From NCBI GenBank assembly GCA_043228905.1, contig JBHGNT010000021.1, positions 8,556,001 to 8,620,000 of the forward strand: 64,000 bases of DNA, given 5' to 3'. Below the pieces are notes generated by a model. It made no database searches. It worked only from the letters and a program-made list of their open reading frames with translations, and was not told the DNA's origin. This DNA is from Azolla caroliniana. Its lineage: Eukaryota; Plantae; Polypodiophyta. Shown here in pieces: positions 1-13,205 of this stretch (its first letter is position 1; each line of letters opens with the position of its first letter). Made by a program: the position numbers and the translations under genes.

Positions 1-689
1 TAGTACCTAATTAGCTACCAATTAGCTAATTAGTGACTCAGCTAAAGTATGGTAGTCACTAATTAGCCACTATAACTAAAGTATGGTAGTAGCTAATTAG
101 CTACCACTTACTAATTAGCTACTATACTAAACTATGGTAGTAGCTAAGTAGCTACCACTTAACTAATTAACTACTATACTAAACTATGGTAGTAGCTAAT
201 TATCTAATGTACTAAACTATGGTAGTAGCTAATTAGCTACCACTTAGCTAATTAGCTACTAGTTGGCTAATTAGCGACTCAACTAAAGTATGGTACTAGC
301 TAATTAGCCACTATAACTAAAGTATGGTACTAGCTAATTAGCTACCACTTAACTAATTAGCTACTATACTAAACTATGGTAGTAGCTAATTAGCTACTGT
401 ACTAAACTATGGTAGTAGCTAATTAGCTACCACTTAGCTAATTAGTTACTCAAGTAAAGTATGGTAGTAGCTAATTAGCTATTGTACTAAACTATGGTAG
501 TCGCTAATTAGCTATTGTACTACACTATGATAGTAGCTAATTAGCTACTGTACTAAACTATGGGAATAGCTAATTAGCTACCAGTTAGCTAATTAGCTAT
601 TGTATTAAACTATGGTAGGAGCTAATTGGCTACCACTTAGATAATTATCTACTCAAGTAAAGTATGGTAGTAGCTAATTAGCTACCACG
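1..689. repeat. AT-rich degenerate satellite of ~19/33/52-bp units built on the palindrome TAGCTAATTAGCTA
   Basis: Recurring ACTAAACTATGGTAGTAGCTAATTAGCTAC(CACTT) units throughout. The array runs off the window start. Confidence 0.92.
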
Positions 690-699
690 TTAAATACAG

Positions 700-1190
700 G
701 TACGTAAACAACCATGGTCTCGACTCTCATTTATGTTGGGATTAGGTGTAGTGTCACATGTCATGTTAAATGGTGGAGTGACTAAGGCAATATCATTAAC
801 AAGGTCAGTGAGACAAGGATGTCCATTGAGTCCATTATTATTTTCCATTGTTACCCACCCAATTTTGGTTAAAATGCATGAGTTAGCAATATGTTGAGAT
901 ATAGTGGGACTTGTTTTACCTCTGGGAAACAGCTGATAGCGCAAGCATTGGCAGATGATTCATTTTTGTTTCTTAAAGCACATCCCAGTGACATAGGCAA
1001 AGCTATGGAGGTGTGGAAGGTGTTTGCCTTAGCATCAAGTTTACATATTAATATGCAGAACTCATTGTTGATTAGATGCACTGAACAAGATTTGGTTAAT
1101 CTTGGTTGGAGTGGCCAAATATTAGATAAAGGGAAGATTTGTCGGCATTTGGGCTATCCGATTAGTGTCGATATTTCACCAAAGCGAAGC
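700..1190 (+). pseudogene. LINE (non-LTR) ORF2 reverse transcriptase fragment, piece 1
   Basis: Manual translation gives ISLTRSVRQGCPLSPLLF at ~790-845. ORF 891..1235 has LADD (the FADD motif) and RHLGYPI (the KYLG motif). Frameshifted. Confidence 0.9.
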
Positions 1191-1204
1191 CTAGCACAAT
1201 ACAA

Positions 1205-1585
1205 TGACATAAAATATATAGTTGATGAGGATTGAACTTAGAACCTTTCATGAACAATACACAATGCTCAACCATCTTCATATGAGCATTGTATAAGATA
1301 TATTTGATCTACATATCATTACAGTATAAGATGTACATAATCTAGGTATACTCTGTAGACATCTACAAAGTTCTAAGGTTCGAGAAGGTTCTAGAATATT
1401 CTTCAAAATATTCTAATGCATATACTTCAACTTAGAGTATAAATACTTGTAACCTTCTTGGTTCCTTTCAAGGGATTCAACACCAGCCACGAACATGTCA
1501 ATCTAGTATTCTTGTTTAGCCCCATCTTCTTTCCTTGATTTACATCTTTGTCTTTATGCTCTTGTATTGTTCCTAGCGTCTTAAC
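1205..1585 (+). mobile_element. LTR-like segment; boundaries uncertain
   Basis: Begins TGACAT and has TATAAATA at 1438. GAAGGTTCTAGAA motifs and an antisense tRNA-like head resemble the 43997 LTR. No matching TSD found. Confidence 0.4.
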
Positions 1586-1589
1586 TTCC

Positions 1590-2345
1590 TCATTTCGTTG
1601 CTCCCAACTTCCCGAGTTTCTAGCCTCATCACGTTCAGTTCCGCGTTCGTAACCTTATCGGTCGTAGCCTCGTCATTTGTGCTCCGTCGTAGTCGTTGGT
1701 GTGTCTGTGACAGTTTGAATACCTTCCAACTAGAAGCATCGCTCATCTTCGTCATCACCCTTGCTTCTAGAGTTCCCATCGTCTCCGTCCTTGCTTTACC
1801 ATCATCAACATCCCTTCGTTTCTTATCTTCCTCGCCATCTCTATCTCCTAGTTCCTTCTATCGTTGTCTTTGTCTTTTCGTTTCTCCTCAACATCGTCTT
1901 TGTTTTATAGTTTCTTCTCATCCTTCACATATCTATCTCCGTATTACTTATCATCATCATCCCTATCTCTGCGTTTTTTGTTATTGTCATCCTTCTCCTT
2001 GTGTTTCCTACCAATTTCATCTCTATTTATGTGTTTCTTATCATCATCATCCCTATCTATGTGTTTCTTATGATCTTCGTCCCTGTCACTGTGTTTTCTA
2101 TCATCCTCAATATCTCTGTCTTTGTGTTTCTTTTTATCCTCAACGTCTCGAATTCTGTGTTTCTTCTCCTCTTTATCTACGTCTCTATTTCTATCATTGC
2201 CATAGTCACAGTCATTGCTTCCAAAGATGCTTCCTCAACATCATTGTCTTCATTGCTTCATCTTCGACATCATCATCTTCAGCACCTCTTGGTGTCTTCA
2301 TCTACACTACTTTCCCTAGCCTTCATTGACGTCAAGTTTTTGAAT
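1590..2345. repeat. Pyrimidine-rich low-complexity tract (TCATC/TTCT); would read D/E/K/R-rich on the minus strand
   Basis: Imperfect ~33-39-bp repeats such as TCATCATCATCCCTATCTATGTGTTTCTTA. Confidence 0.6.
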
Positions 2346-2350
2346 TCCCA

Positions 2351-3260
2351 GTGAGGACCGCACATGGTCACCCACGCCCATTGGTGTCCCGATTCCCGAT
2401 GAGGACCGTCCATGATCGCCCATGCCCATTGGTGTCCCGATTCCCGGTGAGGACTGTACAGGGTCGCTCACGCCCGTTGGTGTTCGTGTCTCTAGTGAGG
2501 ACCGCACATGGTCGCTCATGTCAGTTGGTGTTCGTGTCTTCGATGAGGACTGTACAAGGTTGCTCATGCCCATTGGTGTTCCAATACCCGGTGAGAACCA
2601 CACATGGTCGCTCACGCCTGTTGGTGTTCCAGTTCCCTGTGAGGACTGCACATGGTGGCTCACGCCCATTGGTGTTTGTGTCTCCGGTGAGGACCACACA
2701 TGGTCTCTCACACCCGTTGGTGTTCGTGTCTCCGGTGAGGACCGCACATAGTCGCTCACGCCCGTTGGTGTTCGTGTCTCCGATAAGGACCGCAAATGGT
2801 CTCTCACGCCCGTTGGTGTTCGCGTTCCCAGTAAGGACCGTACATGGTCTCTCATGATCGTTGGTGTTCCAATGCCTGGTGAGGACCACACATGGTCACT
2901 CATGTCCATTGGTGTTCGTGTCTCTGGTGAGGACCGCACATGGTCGCTCATGCCCATTGGTGTTCGCGTTCCCAGTAAGGATAGTACATGGTCTCTCATG
3001 CTCGTTGGTGTTCCAGTGCCCAATGAGGACCACACATGGTCACTCATGTCCGTTGGTGTTCGTGTCTCTGGTGAGGACCGCACATGGTCGCTCACGCCCG
3101 TTGGTGTTCGAGTTCCCCGTGAGGACTGCACATGGTCGCTCACGCCCGTTGGTGTTCTAGTTCCCCGTGAGGACCGCACATGGCCGCTCACGCTCGTTGG
3201 TGTTTGTGTCTCTAGTGAGGACTGCACATGGTCGCTCACACCCATTCCCGATGAGGATCG
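2351..3260. repeat. 48-bp minisatellite, about 19 copies
   Basis: Consensus GTGAGGACCGCACATGGTCGCTCACGCCCGTTGGTGTTCGTGTCTCCG. ORF 2316..3377 repeats the 16-aa unit SDHVRSSPETRTPTGV. The array is cut at 3260 by a copia LTR. Confidence 0.95.
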
Positions 3261-6200
3261 TGTTGGGGACAAGGCCGTCAATGCGGAAGTGCAAGCAACA
3301 TTCGTGATGAAGAAGAACCTATGTATGTGCATGGGCAAGATAGACACAAAGAGAGAGAGAGAGAGAGATAGGCACAAAGAATGGTTATATTTCTCAATAG
3401 CAACAACAACGATAACAACACCTTTTTCTGAAGGTTACAAAGTCATTTTATATAGTGATTGTCCTAGGGCAACTGCCCTTTATGCTATTTACAGAAATAG
3501 CCCAAACTTGGGCTGTGCAAACAGACAGTTTGAATACGGCCATTACACACTCGTATTCAACACTCCCCCGTAATTGGCGTATACATGGGTTATCTAAAAG
3601 ATTACAAGTATATACAAGGTTTATCGGACGGATCGGTTTTGTTAGAATTGGCAAGATCTGAAGACAGAAGACCAAACCAGTCGGGTCAGAAGAGCTAAAG
3701 CCGATCCTCAAAGAACCGATGTCTGTTGTCCGAAACCGTCCTGTGCTGTGTGTCCGACTTTGACCGGACTGATTCTTCATTACGCCCATCTGGTGCCGAA
3801 GGGACCGGAAACGATCGGCCGAAAGACACTTGGTCATTCCATTTGCGACATTATCGGTTGTGGATATTTTCTCAATACCGATTTTCCTTGAAATGATGCA
3901 GTCCTGAATGAAGTGATATCGAACGTCGATATGCTTGGAGGCGTTGTGATGAACCGGATTCTTTCACAAAGCAACAACACCCTGATTGTCGCTGTAGACA
4001 ACTGGAGCCGAATCAGAGTTGACCTGTCGAAACGTGTGCGCCAGCCGACCGAGCCATAAAGATTCTTTTGCTGCGTCGAACGCAACTACATATTCCGCTT
4101 CGGTCGTTGAGGTGGCTATGCACTCTAGAAGTTTCAACTTCCACAAGATTGCTCCATTGCCGAATTTGAAACAGTATCCAGTTGTTGATTTCCGATTGTC
4201 CACACAGCCGTCGAAGTCCGAGTCAGTGTAACGGACTACGCCTGAGGTTCAGTTCGGGCCAAAAAGAATGATGTGGTCTTTTGTGCCAGCTATATATCTG
4301 AACACATGCTTGACTGCGTTCCAATGCAGTCGGCCTGGGTTGTGCATGAATATGCTAACGACTCCTACGGCGTGAGAAATATCAGGCCGTGTCGCGACCA
4401 TCGCGTACATAAGGGAGCTGACTGCCAGTGCATATGGTACCGACTTCATATCTTGCCCCTCCGGACCGGATGTCGGGCAGTGTCGCTGAGATAGCCGAAG
4501 GGTAATGGGGAGCGGGGTCGAAGTAGACTTGGCCGAGTGCATGTTGAAGCGTTCCAAGACACGTCCGATGTAGTCAGTTTGAGACAAGAAAATTTGTCGT
4601 TTATCGCGATGCCGACTAATCTTCATACCAAGTATGTGTCTTGTTGGACCGAGGTCCTTCATGACAAACTTTAACCGTAGTTGCCAAACGAGTTCAGTGA
4701 GCTCTTCGGCATGTCGTCCGAAGAGTAGCATGTCATCCACGTAAATGATGAGGAAGACGGGAGACCCGTCTTGAGCTGTTTTGGTGAAGAGACAATGGTC
4801 CTCATCGCTCTTTGAGAAGTCGACCGACTAGATGAAGTCGTCGACCTTCTTGTACAACTGTCGGGGTGCCTGTTTCAGACCGTAGAGACTCTTCCTAAGT
4901 CGGCAGACTAGATGTTCTTGGCCAGATACCAAAAAGCCTTTCGGTTGCTCCATGTAGATTTCCTCCTATAGGTCACCGTGGAGGAATGCCGTTTTTACAT
5001 CTAACTGAATCAGCTCCAAGTTGTCGGCGGCCACGACGCCAAGCATGAAACGAAGGGTCGTCATTTTCCCCACTGGTGAAAAGATTTCGTCGAAGTCGAC
5101 GCCATATTCTTGTCTAAATCCCTTTGCAACTAATCTAGCCTTGTACTTTGGGTTGGTCGAGTCGGACATCTCTTTTAGTCGATAGACCCACTTACATGGA
5201 AGAGCACGTCGATTCTTCGTAATTTGACCAAGTCCCAAATCTTGTTTGCCCGAATGGAGTGCATTTCCGACTCCATCACCAGATGCCATGTGGCTGAATC
5301 GGCATATGCTAATGCTTCTTCGTAAGACGTCGGTTCGCCGACATCGATAAAGAAAATTCCGGGAGAGTACCTCTCCGGAGGTTTCGACAGTCTCTCGGAT
5401 CTACGAGGTATGACTGGACTAGTCGCACCGGGTGTCGATGTCGGATGGTCGGGAGCCGACCCATTCGGCTGTGCCAAATCGGTGGATTTGGTGCGAGAGT
5501 TGTCGGTTACCCATGAAACCGATCTCGTGTTGTGGGCTGGGCCGTCATGAAGGGTTGGCACTTCAGAAAATATTACCCTTCGGACTTCAATAGGCCTTTC
5601 GGCCGTTTTATGCATAGCCGACTCATTCAACACGATGTCCGAACTTCGAACGATTTGTCTGTGCTCGGGGTTCCAGAGTCAGTATCCGATCTCGCCGTCG
5701 GGTCCATACCCAAGGAAAATGCATGTCCTTGATCTTGGTTCGAGTTTCCGGCAATCGTCGATCCTCGGCTTGTCATAATTCGGCTTATTGCCGGTCCATA
5801 TTTCCTAAGGTATTTGAAGTCCGAGAGGTCTACTTGGCGAAATATTTATTATGTGTACTACCGTAAGTAGAGCCTCCGCCCAAAAGCCATCTGACAATCC
5901 AGAGTGTTGGAGCATGGATACTACGCGTTCTTGAATCTTCTGATTCATGCGTTCAACAATTCCGTTTTGCTCTGGACTATAGGGTGCCGTATATTCACGT
6001 CAAATGCCGCGTCCCCAGCTGAATTTGACGAATTCTTCATACTTGAATTCTCCTCCATTGTTGGTTCAGAGACATTTTAGTTTCCGACCGGTCTGATTTT
6101 CGACCATTGCAAGCCATTCGAAGAAGATTGAGAACACTCGATCTTTGGTTCTGAGGGGGTAAGCCCAAACCTTCTGAGTCGAGTTGTCAATAAAACTGAT

Positions 6201-7669
6201 GTGGCATCGGGCCACAGACGTCCGAGTGGACCAAATCGAGTGGGCTCGATTCTCTTGGTGTTGATGTCGGGTGTGATGCGGCTACCTGTTTGCCGTACTG
6301 GCAATGCTTGCAGAATTGGTGATCCGAGAAGGAAAGCTTGGGGATGTAACCGGCTCTAGATAGGTGCGTTATGCCGGCCTTGCTGAGGTGTCCAAGTCGT
6401 TTGTGCCATAACGATGACACTGGGATATCAACAAAATATAAGTCACCCTCTTTGAGTGTGACATATAGAGGGTACAAGGAATGTACCTTTGGTCCTCGAG
6501 CAAGTAGGAGGTTCCCTTTGTGGAGTGTCCACCCTCTTGATGAGAATCCGGCACAGATGCCGGCTTTGTGAAGTTGTCCGACTAAGATCAAGGGTCTTGA
6601 GAGCTCAGGAACATGTCGGATGTTGTGTAGTACGAGTGTAGAGCCACCCGGAAGGTTGAGCTCTACGGTGCCAATTCCGATTATAGCACAATGTTGCGAG
6701 TTTCTGACTTGAACTGAGTCGGAGTGCCGGTCCGAGTATTGCCGAAACTGAGATCGGTGAGGTGTCACATGATACGATGCGCCCGAGTCCAGGATCCATG
6801 TGCTCGACTCCTCAGTCGTAAGCAGAACTTCTGATTCGACTGGGTTCTCTATGGACAGTATGTTCGGGTCGGTCGTCAAAATTTCGGCTGAAGAGCCAAC
6901 ATAGTTTAACTCCTCATGCCGGCTACTCTTCTGATCCGCTCTCTGAGCTTTGTCGGTTTTTTCTTTGAGTGCCCGACAGTCGGCTTTGATATGTCCCAGT
7001 TTCTTGTAGTAGTTGCAGATTCAGTTGTCCCGGGACTTGCTCTGGCTTCGTTGATTGTTCGGCGGTCGGGAGGAACTTCTTCCCTGGTTGTTCGATCGGT
7101 CAGTCGAACCTTGTACTACGTAAGCTTCATCTGCTGAGTCTTTGGCGAAAGACTTTCTCCGAGCTGCTTCAGTTAGGATTGCGCTCGTGATTTCGGAGTA
7201 CTTAACGGCAGCTGTTGAAGCATTGCACACAGTTGTAACGAAAGTTTCCCATGAAGAGGGGAGACTACTCATGAGTATCATTGCTCTGAGTTCATCCTCG
7301 GTTGTCGTCCCCTGAGACGAGATTTGGGAGCTTATGCTTTCGTACTCGTTGAGGTGTGCCTGAACCGAATCAGATTCTTTCATCCGCAATTTGTAGAGGC
7401 GCCAGATCAGATACATCTTCGTTGCGGTGACCTTCTTTTCATAAGTTTTCGATAGTGTTTTCCATAGTTCAAAAGCTGTTGTGCACGATTGCACTATGAA
7501 GTACACTGACTCCGACAAGTGCATCCGAATCGTGGCGTGGACAATTCTATCCAGCTTCTGCCACTCGTTTACCTTGTATGCTTCTGGGGAATGTTCATTC
7601 TCAATCGGGTTTATCTGATCCTTGACTATGAGATAGTCCTGCATTTGTTCCTTTCTAGAAGTTGAAGTT
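3261..7669 (-). mobile_element. Ty1/copia LTR retrotransposon (Tork/Tnt1-like), 5'-truncated
   Basis: The 3' LTR at 3261-3562 reads TGTTG...CAACA, with the PPT complement CTCCCCC at 3563. Domain order is gag-PR-IN-RT-RH. The 5' LTR is missing. Confidence 0.92.
3834..7669 (-). pseudogene. Degenerate copia gag-pol
   Basis: gag (LMSSLPSSWETFV), protease WILDSGASYH, GAG-pre-integrase LWHKRLGH, VHSDVCGP, RT KARLVAKGF/QLDVKTAFLHG/VDDML, RNase H RKSTTGY/STTEAEY. Stops and frameshifts present. Confidence 0.92.
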
Positions 7670-9741
7670 GGGGATATTTTGAGAAGAGAACGGACGGACC
7701 AGAATCGGTATCCTGATCCGGTTTGTTGTCGGTTGCCGGTTGGCACCAGTTTGTACCTAGAGCCGGAGACCTATAAAAGGGCCCGGTTAGATTGTAATCA
7801 TTAGCGGATAATTAATAGAGTGATGTTGTTACCATTCTGTGCTAAGTGTAATTAATCTTACGCGTGTATTGTGACTAATGATCTTGCCGATTAGTAACTA
7901 ATTAGGGTCTTATTAATAGTTCAGCCTAAGTCTATCTCACCGCAACACCCCTTTAGTGAAGTTTATCAAAGGGACACTCTATGTTAGGGCATTGTCCGGC
8001 CCCTAGGGATAACACAGTTTTTGGCGACCACGATTCTTGCACAAACGCAGCAAACAACGGCGGGAATGGATGACTAGACCAATGAACGACCCGGTTATGG
8101 AGCGAGCAAGAAGACTTGGTGAACGATTGCGGAAACGAGAGGCTTTCCAGCAAGCGGCCGAAGAGATCCGTGCGGATCGATCATTTTCCAAAGTAATCTG
8201 ACGAGTGGCCGCGGAGTCACTCTACGTGCAGCAGAATTCCCACCCAGACGAAGGAAGCAGCTTGAGTAGTCTCTAGGACGTAGGATCCATTCTGTAGGAA
8301 TTAGCGACAGGGGGAGGCAATTCGGAACCGTTTCAGCCTTCGAATCAGATTCGGACGGCGAATGCAGCGCCAATTCGAATTACTGTAGCAACCACGACAC
8401 GCTAGACGGACCGGAGGACGAACAGTCTGATACCTTGCCGACACCAGAACCGGAATTAACGGAACTGGAAGCCCCAGACCGGCAAGCAGCGGACCAACCT
8501 CCGACATCGCCACGTGAAACACCGAAAGAAGAGGAGGAAAGACCTCCGACACCAAAAGAAGAGGAGGAAAGACCTCCGAAACTGAAAGAAGAGGAGGAAA
8601 AGCTTTGACACCAAAAGAAGAGGAGGAACGACCTCTGACACCGAAAGAAGAGGAGGAACGACCTCTGACACCGAAAGAAGAGGAGGAACGACCTCTGACA
8701 CCGAAAGAAGAGGAGGGGAGACCTCTGACACCACCAGGCCGTGTTCCGACACTGGACGACGACATACCGTTCCAATATCCCAAGTACCGGGATGATCCGG
8801 ACGCAGAAGTTCATGTCTATGCATTTGTACAAACATGGGAAGCAAACCATGTGTTGCAACGCTTGATCGCCACCCCCTGTCGCTAATTCCTACAGAATGG
8901 ATCCTACGTCCTAGAGACAGGGGGAGGCAATTCAGAATGGAAGCAGTGCACGCCGAACATCAACACCAGGAGACACCAAGACCAGTAGATCTAGAAAAGG
9001 AGGAAGAGTCGGTAAGACCAATAGAGCCGCAGGAAACTAAAGTCAAGCAGAAGTAGCCACAGTTGGAGTCGGAGTGACAACAAGTGCAGCCACAACCGCA
9101 GGAACAGCAGAAGCCGGGGCAACAACAAGAGGAGGAACAACAACAACAATAGACGACAAAATAGCTTCCCGAGGAACCATTGGAACCCTTAGATCAAAGC
9201 ATTCTGGACATTTTGAAGGAAGAATGAAGGCCGGATCGTGGGATTCGACGTACAAGGTACTGTCCCACGGGCATGCCATGTGTTAGCCGATTGGCAAGGG
9301 AAGTCCAGAATGGAAAAAGGGGGATAATTAATAACCGGGAGCTGATTATCTATAATATTGAAAAGGATATTTTGAGAAGCGAACGGACGGATCGGAATCG
9401 GTATGCCGATCTGGATCCGGACCGGTTCGTAGCCGGTTGTTGGTTGGCACCGATTTCTACCTAGAGCCGGAGACCTATAAAAGGGCCCGGTTAGATTGTA
9501 ATCATTAGCGGATAATTAATAGAGTGTTTTTGTTCTATATTTTAATCAATGTTAATTACCATTTTGTGCTAAGAGTAATGAATCTTACACATGTATTATG
9601 ACTAATGATCTTGCCGATTAGTAACTAATTAGGGTCTTATTAATAGTTCAGTCTAATTCTATCTCATTGCAACGCCCCTTTGGTGAAGTGTCTCAAAGGG
9701 ACACTGTGTGTTAGGGCATTGTCCGGCCCCTAGGGATAACA
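7670..9741 (+). mobile_element. Rearranged Ty3/gypsy relic: truncated LTR 7670-8014, PBS, partial gag, foreign filler, LTR 9281-9741
   Basis: 7670-8014 is a near copy of ~9364-9741. The second LTR reads TGTTA...TAACA. TGGCGACCA follows the first LTR (tRNA-Arg-like PBS). gag-like FQYPKYRDDPDAEVHVYAFVQTWEAN. No PPT or matching TSD. Confidence 0.75.
8515..8735 (+). repeat. 30-bp tandem repeat, about 7 copies, encoding PKEEEERPLT in the gag N-terminus
   Basis: ACCTCTGACACCGAAAGAAGAGGAGGAACG units; ORF 8605..8886. Confidence 0.92.
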
Positions 9742-10425
9742 TGATTAATAGTACTCGATCATTTAGATGTCTCTTGGCAAAAAAGTTTGAACTTGTTCAA
9801 TTGGAAACCACTTGAATGTAGAAAAGATTGCAACTCTTTGCCAGTAGAGGTGATAACATCTTCAAGATTATTACGATGGGATGGAAAAGACAGTTTAAAG
9901 TCAAAGTTTAATAAAATGGCAAAACTAGGTTTGGTAACTGTGGAGGATGGTATTTTAGAGTCACAAAGGCAGATGATGGCTTTTCGAACTGTGAGAAGTA
10001 GATTTCATATACCTCTTGGATATGGTCAGATGTGGCAAACAGTAGTACAATTGCCTATTTTATCATTACCGATTCCACAATAACAAGAAATGATTGGTTT
10101 TTTTATAACAAGAAATCATTATTTGTAGTGAACACTAATGATGTTTATCATAAGTTGGTCAAGGATAGAGTTTAGGTACAGAGCAAGGTTTTGGATACAT
10201 GGCACATTATCCGTGGAAGTGAATGGTGTGTTAGAGTTTTAGATGCAGGATGGAAGTCTCATCTTCCTTTCTGGGCAAAGGTGTTTCTTTGGCGTGCTAT
10301 GGTTGGTGGGTTACCTTTTGCTATGGCTTTAAAACGAAGACACATTGATAGTGGTACATGTGTTTTTTGTACGACGATTGATAAAGATTCTCGACACAAG
10401 TTTATATCTTGCTATGTTACTAAAA
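9742..10425 (+). pseudogene. LINE ORF2 piece 2 (zf-RVT region)
   Basis: ORF 10191..10484 KVFLWRAMVGGLP...CVFC...DSRHKFISC matches the plant LINE C-terminal zinc-binding motif. Confidence 0.85.
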
Positions 10426-10450
10426 GGGTTGAAGCACGCTATGGTGTACC
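10426..10450 (+). repeat. Left TIR
   Basis: GGGTTGAAGCACGCTATGGTGTACC. Confidence 0.92.
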
Positions 10451-12748
10451 CAAAAAGTACTGTTTTTGGCCAAAAAAACACTGAGTGATTTTAAAAAAAT
10501 CGAAAATAATTAAAATCTTTTTAGGGAGTGGTGTACGTTGCATTAAAGTCAGGGAATGGGTGGGGGGACAGGTGCTGCGTATTCGGGACTGTTTTGGGGG
10601 CTATTTCCCCCTCGCGTTTAATTTAGGACACCACATTAAATCCTTTTGGCACTTCTCCTTTTCCGCCTTCCAACTGAGACAATGCAAGTCTTCACAACGC
10701 ACTCTGGTCTTCCAGCTTCCAACTCAAGTTTTCATAGCGCTCTCTAGTCTTCGGCCTTCCAACTCAGGTCTTCACAACGCACTCGAAACCCGATTTGTTG
10801 TTCTCTGCGTCACTCGTCTTCCTCATCTTCTCCTTCCATCGGTATGTCTTCTCCATCTTCTCTTTCACTCGGTATGTCTACGCCTATTTCTATAAAGTGG
10901 TTATTTCTATACAGTACTGTTAATTGAGTGTATACTCTAGCAATCCTAAATTGGCACGTATGAAGATTAATGTTGAATAGGAATCTTAAAATAATGTAAA
11001 CATGACATGATAACATGAATCTGAAATATTTACACCAGCCAAGTGGTAATGTTCTGACCAATAGTTTCAACCTAGTGCTTCTGGTCATTTTACTGATCAT
11101 TGGGGATGTTTTAATGATATAATGGATTAGCAACATCCAGGCTGGGCTTGTAAAATGACCAGCCAGGAGCAGCAAAATATACAGTTTGAGTTGACATAAG
11201 TTATTCATCATGGAAAACACTAAACATAAATTGTTTTTGTATGTTCTAGCAATCTTCAAGGGAGTCTTAAATTGATCCATGTTAAGGTTTTATATGGGTT
11301 GAAACTATTAACATGAATACCAATCTATTAATAAGGCTTGATAAACAATTTGAAGAATCAGCGGATTTGAATTTCATTGATGGGGGTGTTTTTGATGGAA
11401 AAAGCAAATGAATAGTGTTTGTGTTATGAACTTATGCATAACATGAGTTATGTTATACTTATCTTAGTCTTAAACTCTAGTTAAGAAGACTTCATGATGT
11501 AAATAGTATGCATGCATCTCATTATCTTGTGAGTCATAAAACTTATGTATTTCAAACAACAAGTTAATTGATGCAATTATTTCTTAAAAGTTAATTGTTT
11601 TGGAAAAGGAATATATGACTGTGGCAAACTCTCAAATGTTTATCTAATTTCCGGTTGATGTTTATGCTATGGGGTATTAACTATGTTTATTTTATGATGT
11701 ATTAAGCACTTATTCTGATTAATTAGGTGCTGAAATAACAAGAAATTAGGTGCTGGAATATATGAGAGTGACAATGGTCGTCGATGAGGAGAGTGAGGTG
11801 TCCCTTAGCAAATCTATGTTTGAGAGGAGCAAGAGACGGTTGGTTCTTCACATAGTCCGTTATTTACTAGAAGTAATTGAGAGATTTAGCTTGGAGGATC
11901 GTAGGGATATTAACTCTAGAGTGTTGCACCATCAACTTTTGAATGAAGACATGGAGAATATTAAGTTTAGGGACCAATGTGTTTCAGAGGAATTTGTAGA
12001 GTGTATGAAGTCATCCCTACACTTAGTGAAAGGGGTAGAGAGCATAGATAAGCTTGGTGCAAAGAGAGCATCCCTTCACATGGTTGTAAATGGTACAACT
12101 AAAAATATATATAGTGATACTAAAGTTGCCTTAGCACTTGGTATCCAAAGAAGGAACTTGAGGAAGCATCAGACAAATATACAATCAAATCAATTTAAGT
12201 GGTTGGGGTTAGGCCGTAGACCACGATGTGATGCATTGTCTCATGAGATTATTGAGGAAGTGGGTTCCTTTTGGGCAAAAAACACACGTGTCTCACCGAA
12301 TAAAAAAGATGTATGTAGACAACGTATAAGTCGGGGTAGGTACCAGATTCACCCAAGATACTTCTTGGAGATGACTGAGGTAATTCAATTTTTTATCTAT
12401 TTGGTTTTAAATATTCTGTTGTTTACTAAATGTTTCTATTAATGTTGCCTATTTATTGAGTGATGTAGGCTGAATTGTTCATGAACTTCAAAGACCAACA
12501 TCCTAGCATCAACCTTGGATTTCGCAAGTTCCAAGGTTTGAAACCATTTTTTGTTAGAAAGTTAAAGGAGAGGAACACATGTTGTTGTGTGTACCACATT
12601 AAAATGGACATGTTAAGGCTTGGCGTGAACAGTATGTGTCTGATTCTAAGGGTATACACGGGGATGGGTGTGTTTGCACTTGTGAGGTATGTAGACCAAA
12701 TGGGAGTGGTAATAGATGTAATGCGCGAAACATGACTTATGCAATAGT

Positions 12749-13205
12749 TGTTACCCGGACCCGGACAGTCAGTTTTACCGACCAAGTGGGAAAGCGTCAA
12801 AAACAGAGTCGGTTCGGATCGACTGTTCGGATCAATGACTCAGCAATAAACGAAGAGAACTAAGTTAGTTAGATAATTTTGTAAATCTTGATAGTAAGTA
12901 GGAATAGTTCTTGATGAGAAAAGACCTTCGGTATACCTATAAAAGGGAACCGAAGGCATTGTAAGAAAGGTCGTTTTATTTAGTAATATAAGTTTAAGTT
13001 AGGAATATCTTGTACGGATTCTGTGTTTCTTCTATTGTCTATGATCTTAAGTGCAAGCTTCCTAATTTATAACTAAGTAACGATCACGGTAATTACCGAT
13101 TAATATAGCATAATTCCGTTCGTAAAACACAATTCCTTGTTAGAACGTTGAGTAGCGACGTTCACTCTTCTGTATCGGTAGTAGTTAGTAATTAGCCGAT
13201 CAACA
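12749..13205 (+). mobile_element. Solo LTR inside a transposase exon
   Basis: TGTT...AACA termini; TSD ATAGT at 12744-12748 and 13206-13210; internal CTATAAAA. Confidence 0.92.

Noticed and set aside
1205-1500. TGACAT...ATGTCA-bounded MITE or solo LTR
   Set aside because: Flanks TACAA and ATCTA do not form a TSD, so the boundary is unsupported.
1598-2354. Membrane-protein or His/Cys-rich ORFs on the plus strand
   Set aside because: Products of pyrimidine-rich low-complexity DNA with no domain signature.
2351-3260. Possible CRISPR array
   Set aside because: Units are contiguous 48-bp tandem copies without unique spacers; no cas genes; eukaryotic TE context.
9281-9741. Clean solo LTR or regular 3' LTR
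   Set aside because: Flanks CCATG and TGATT differ and no PPT precedes it; treated as part of a rearranged relic.
10485-11280. ORFs 10485..10895 (+) and 10810..11280 (-) as extra transposon genes
   Set aside because: They overlap the probable promoter, 5' UTR and first intron of the transposase, and lack motifs.
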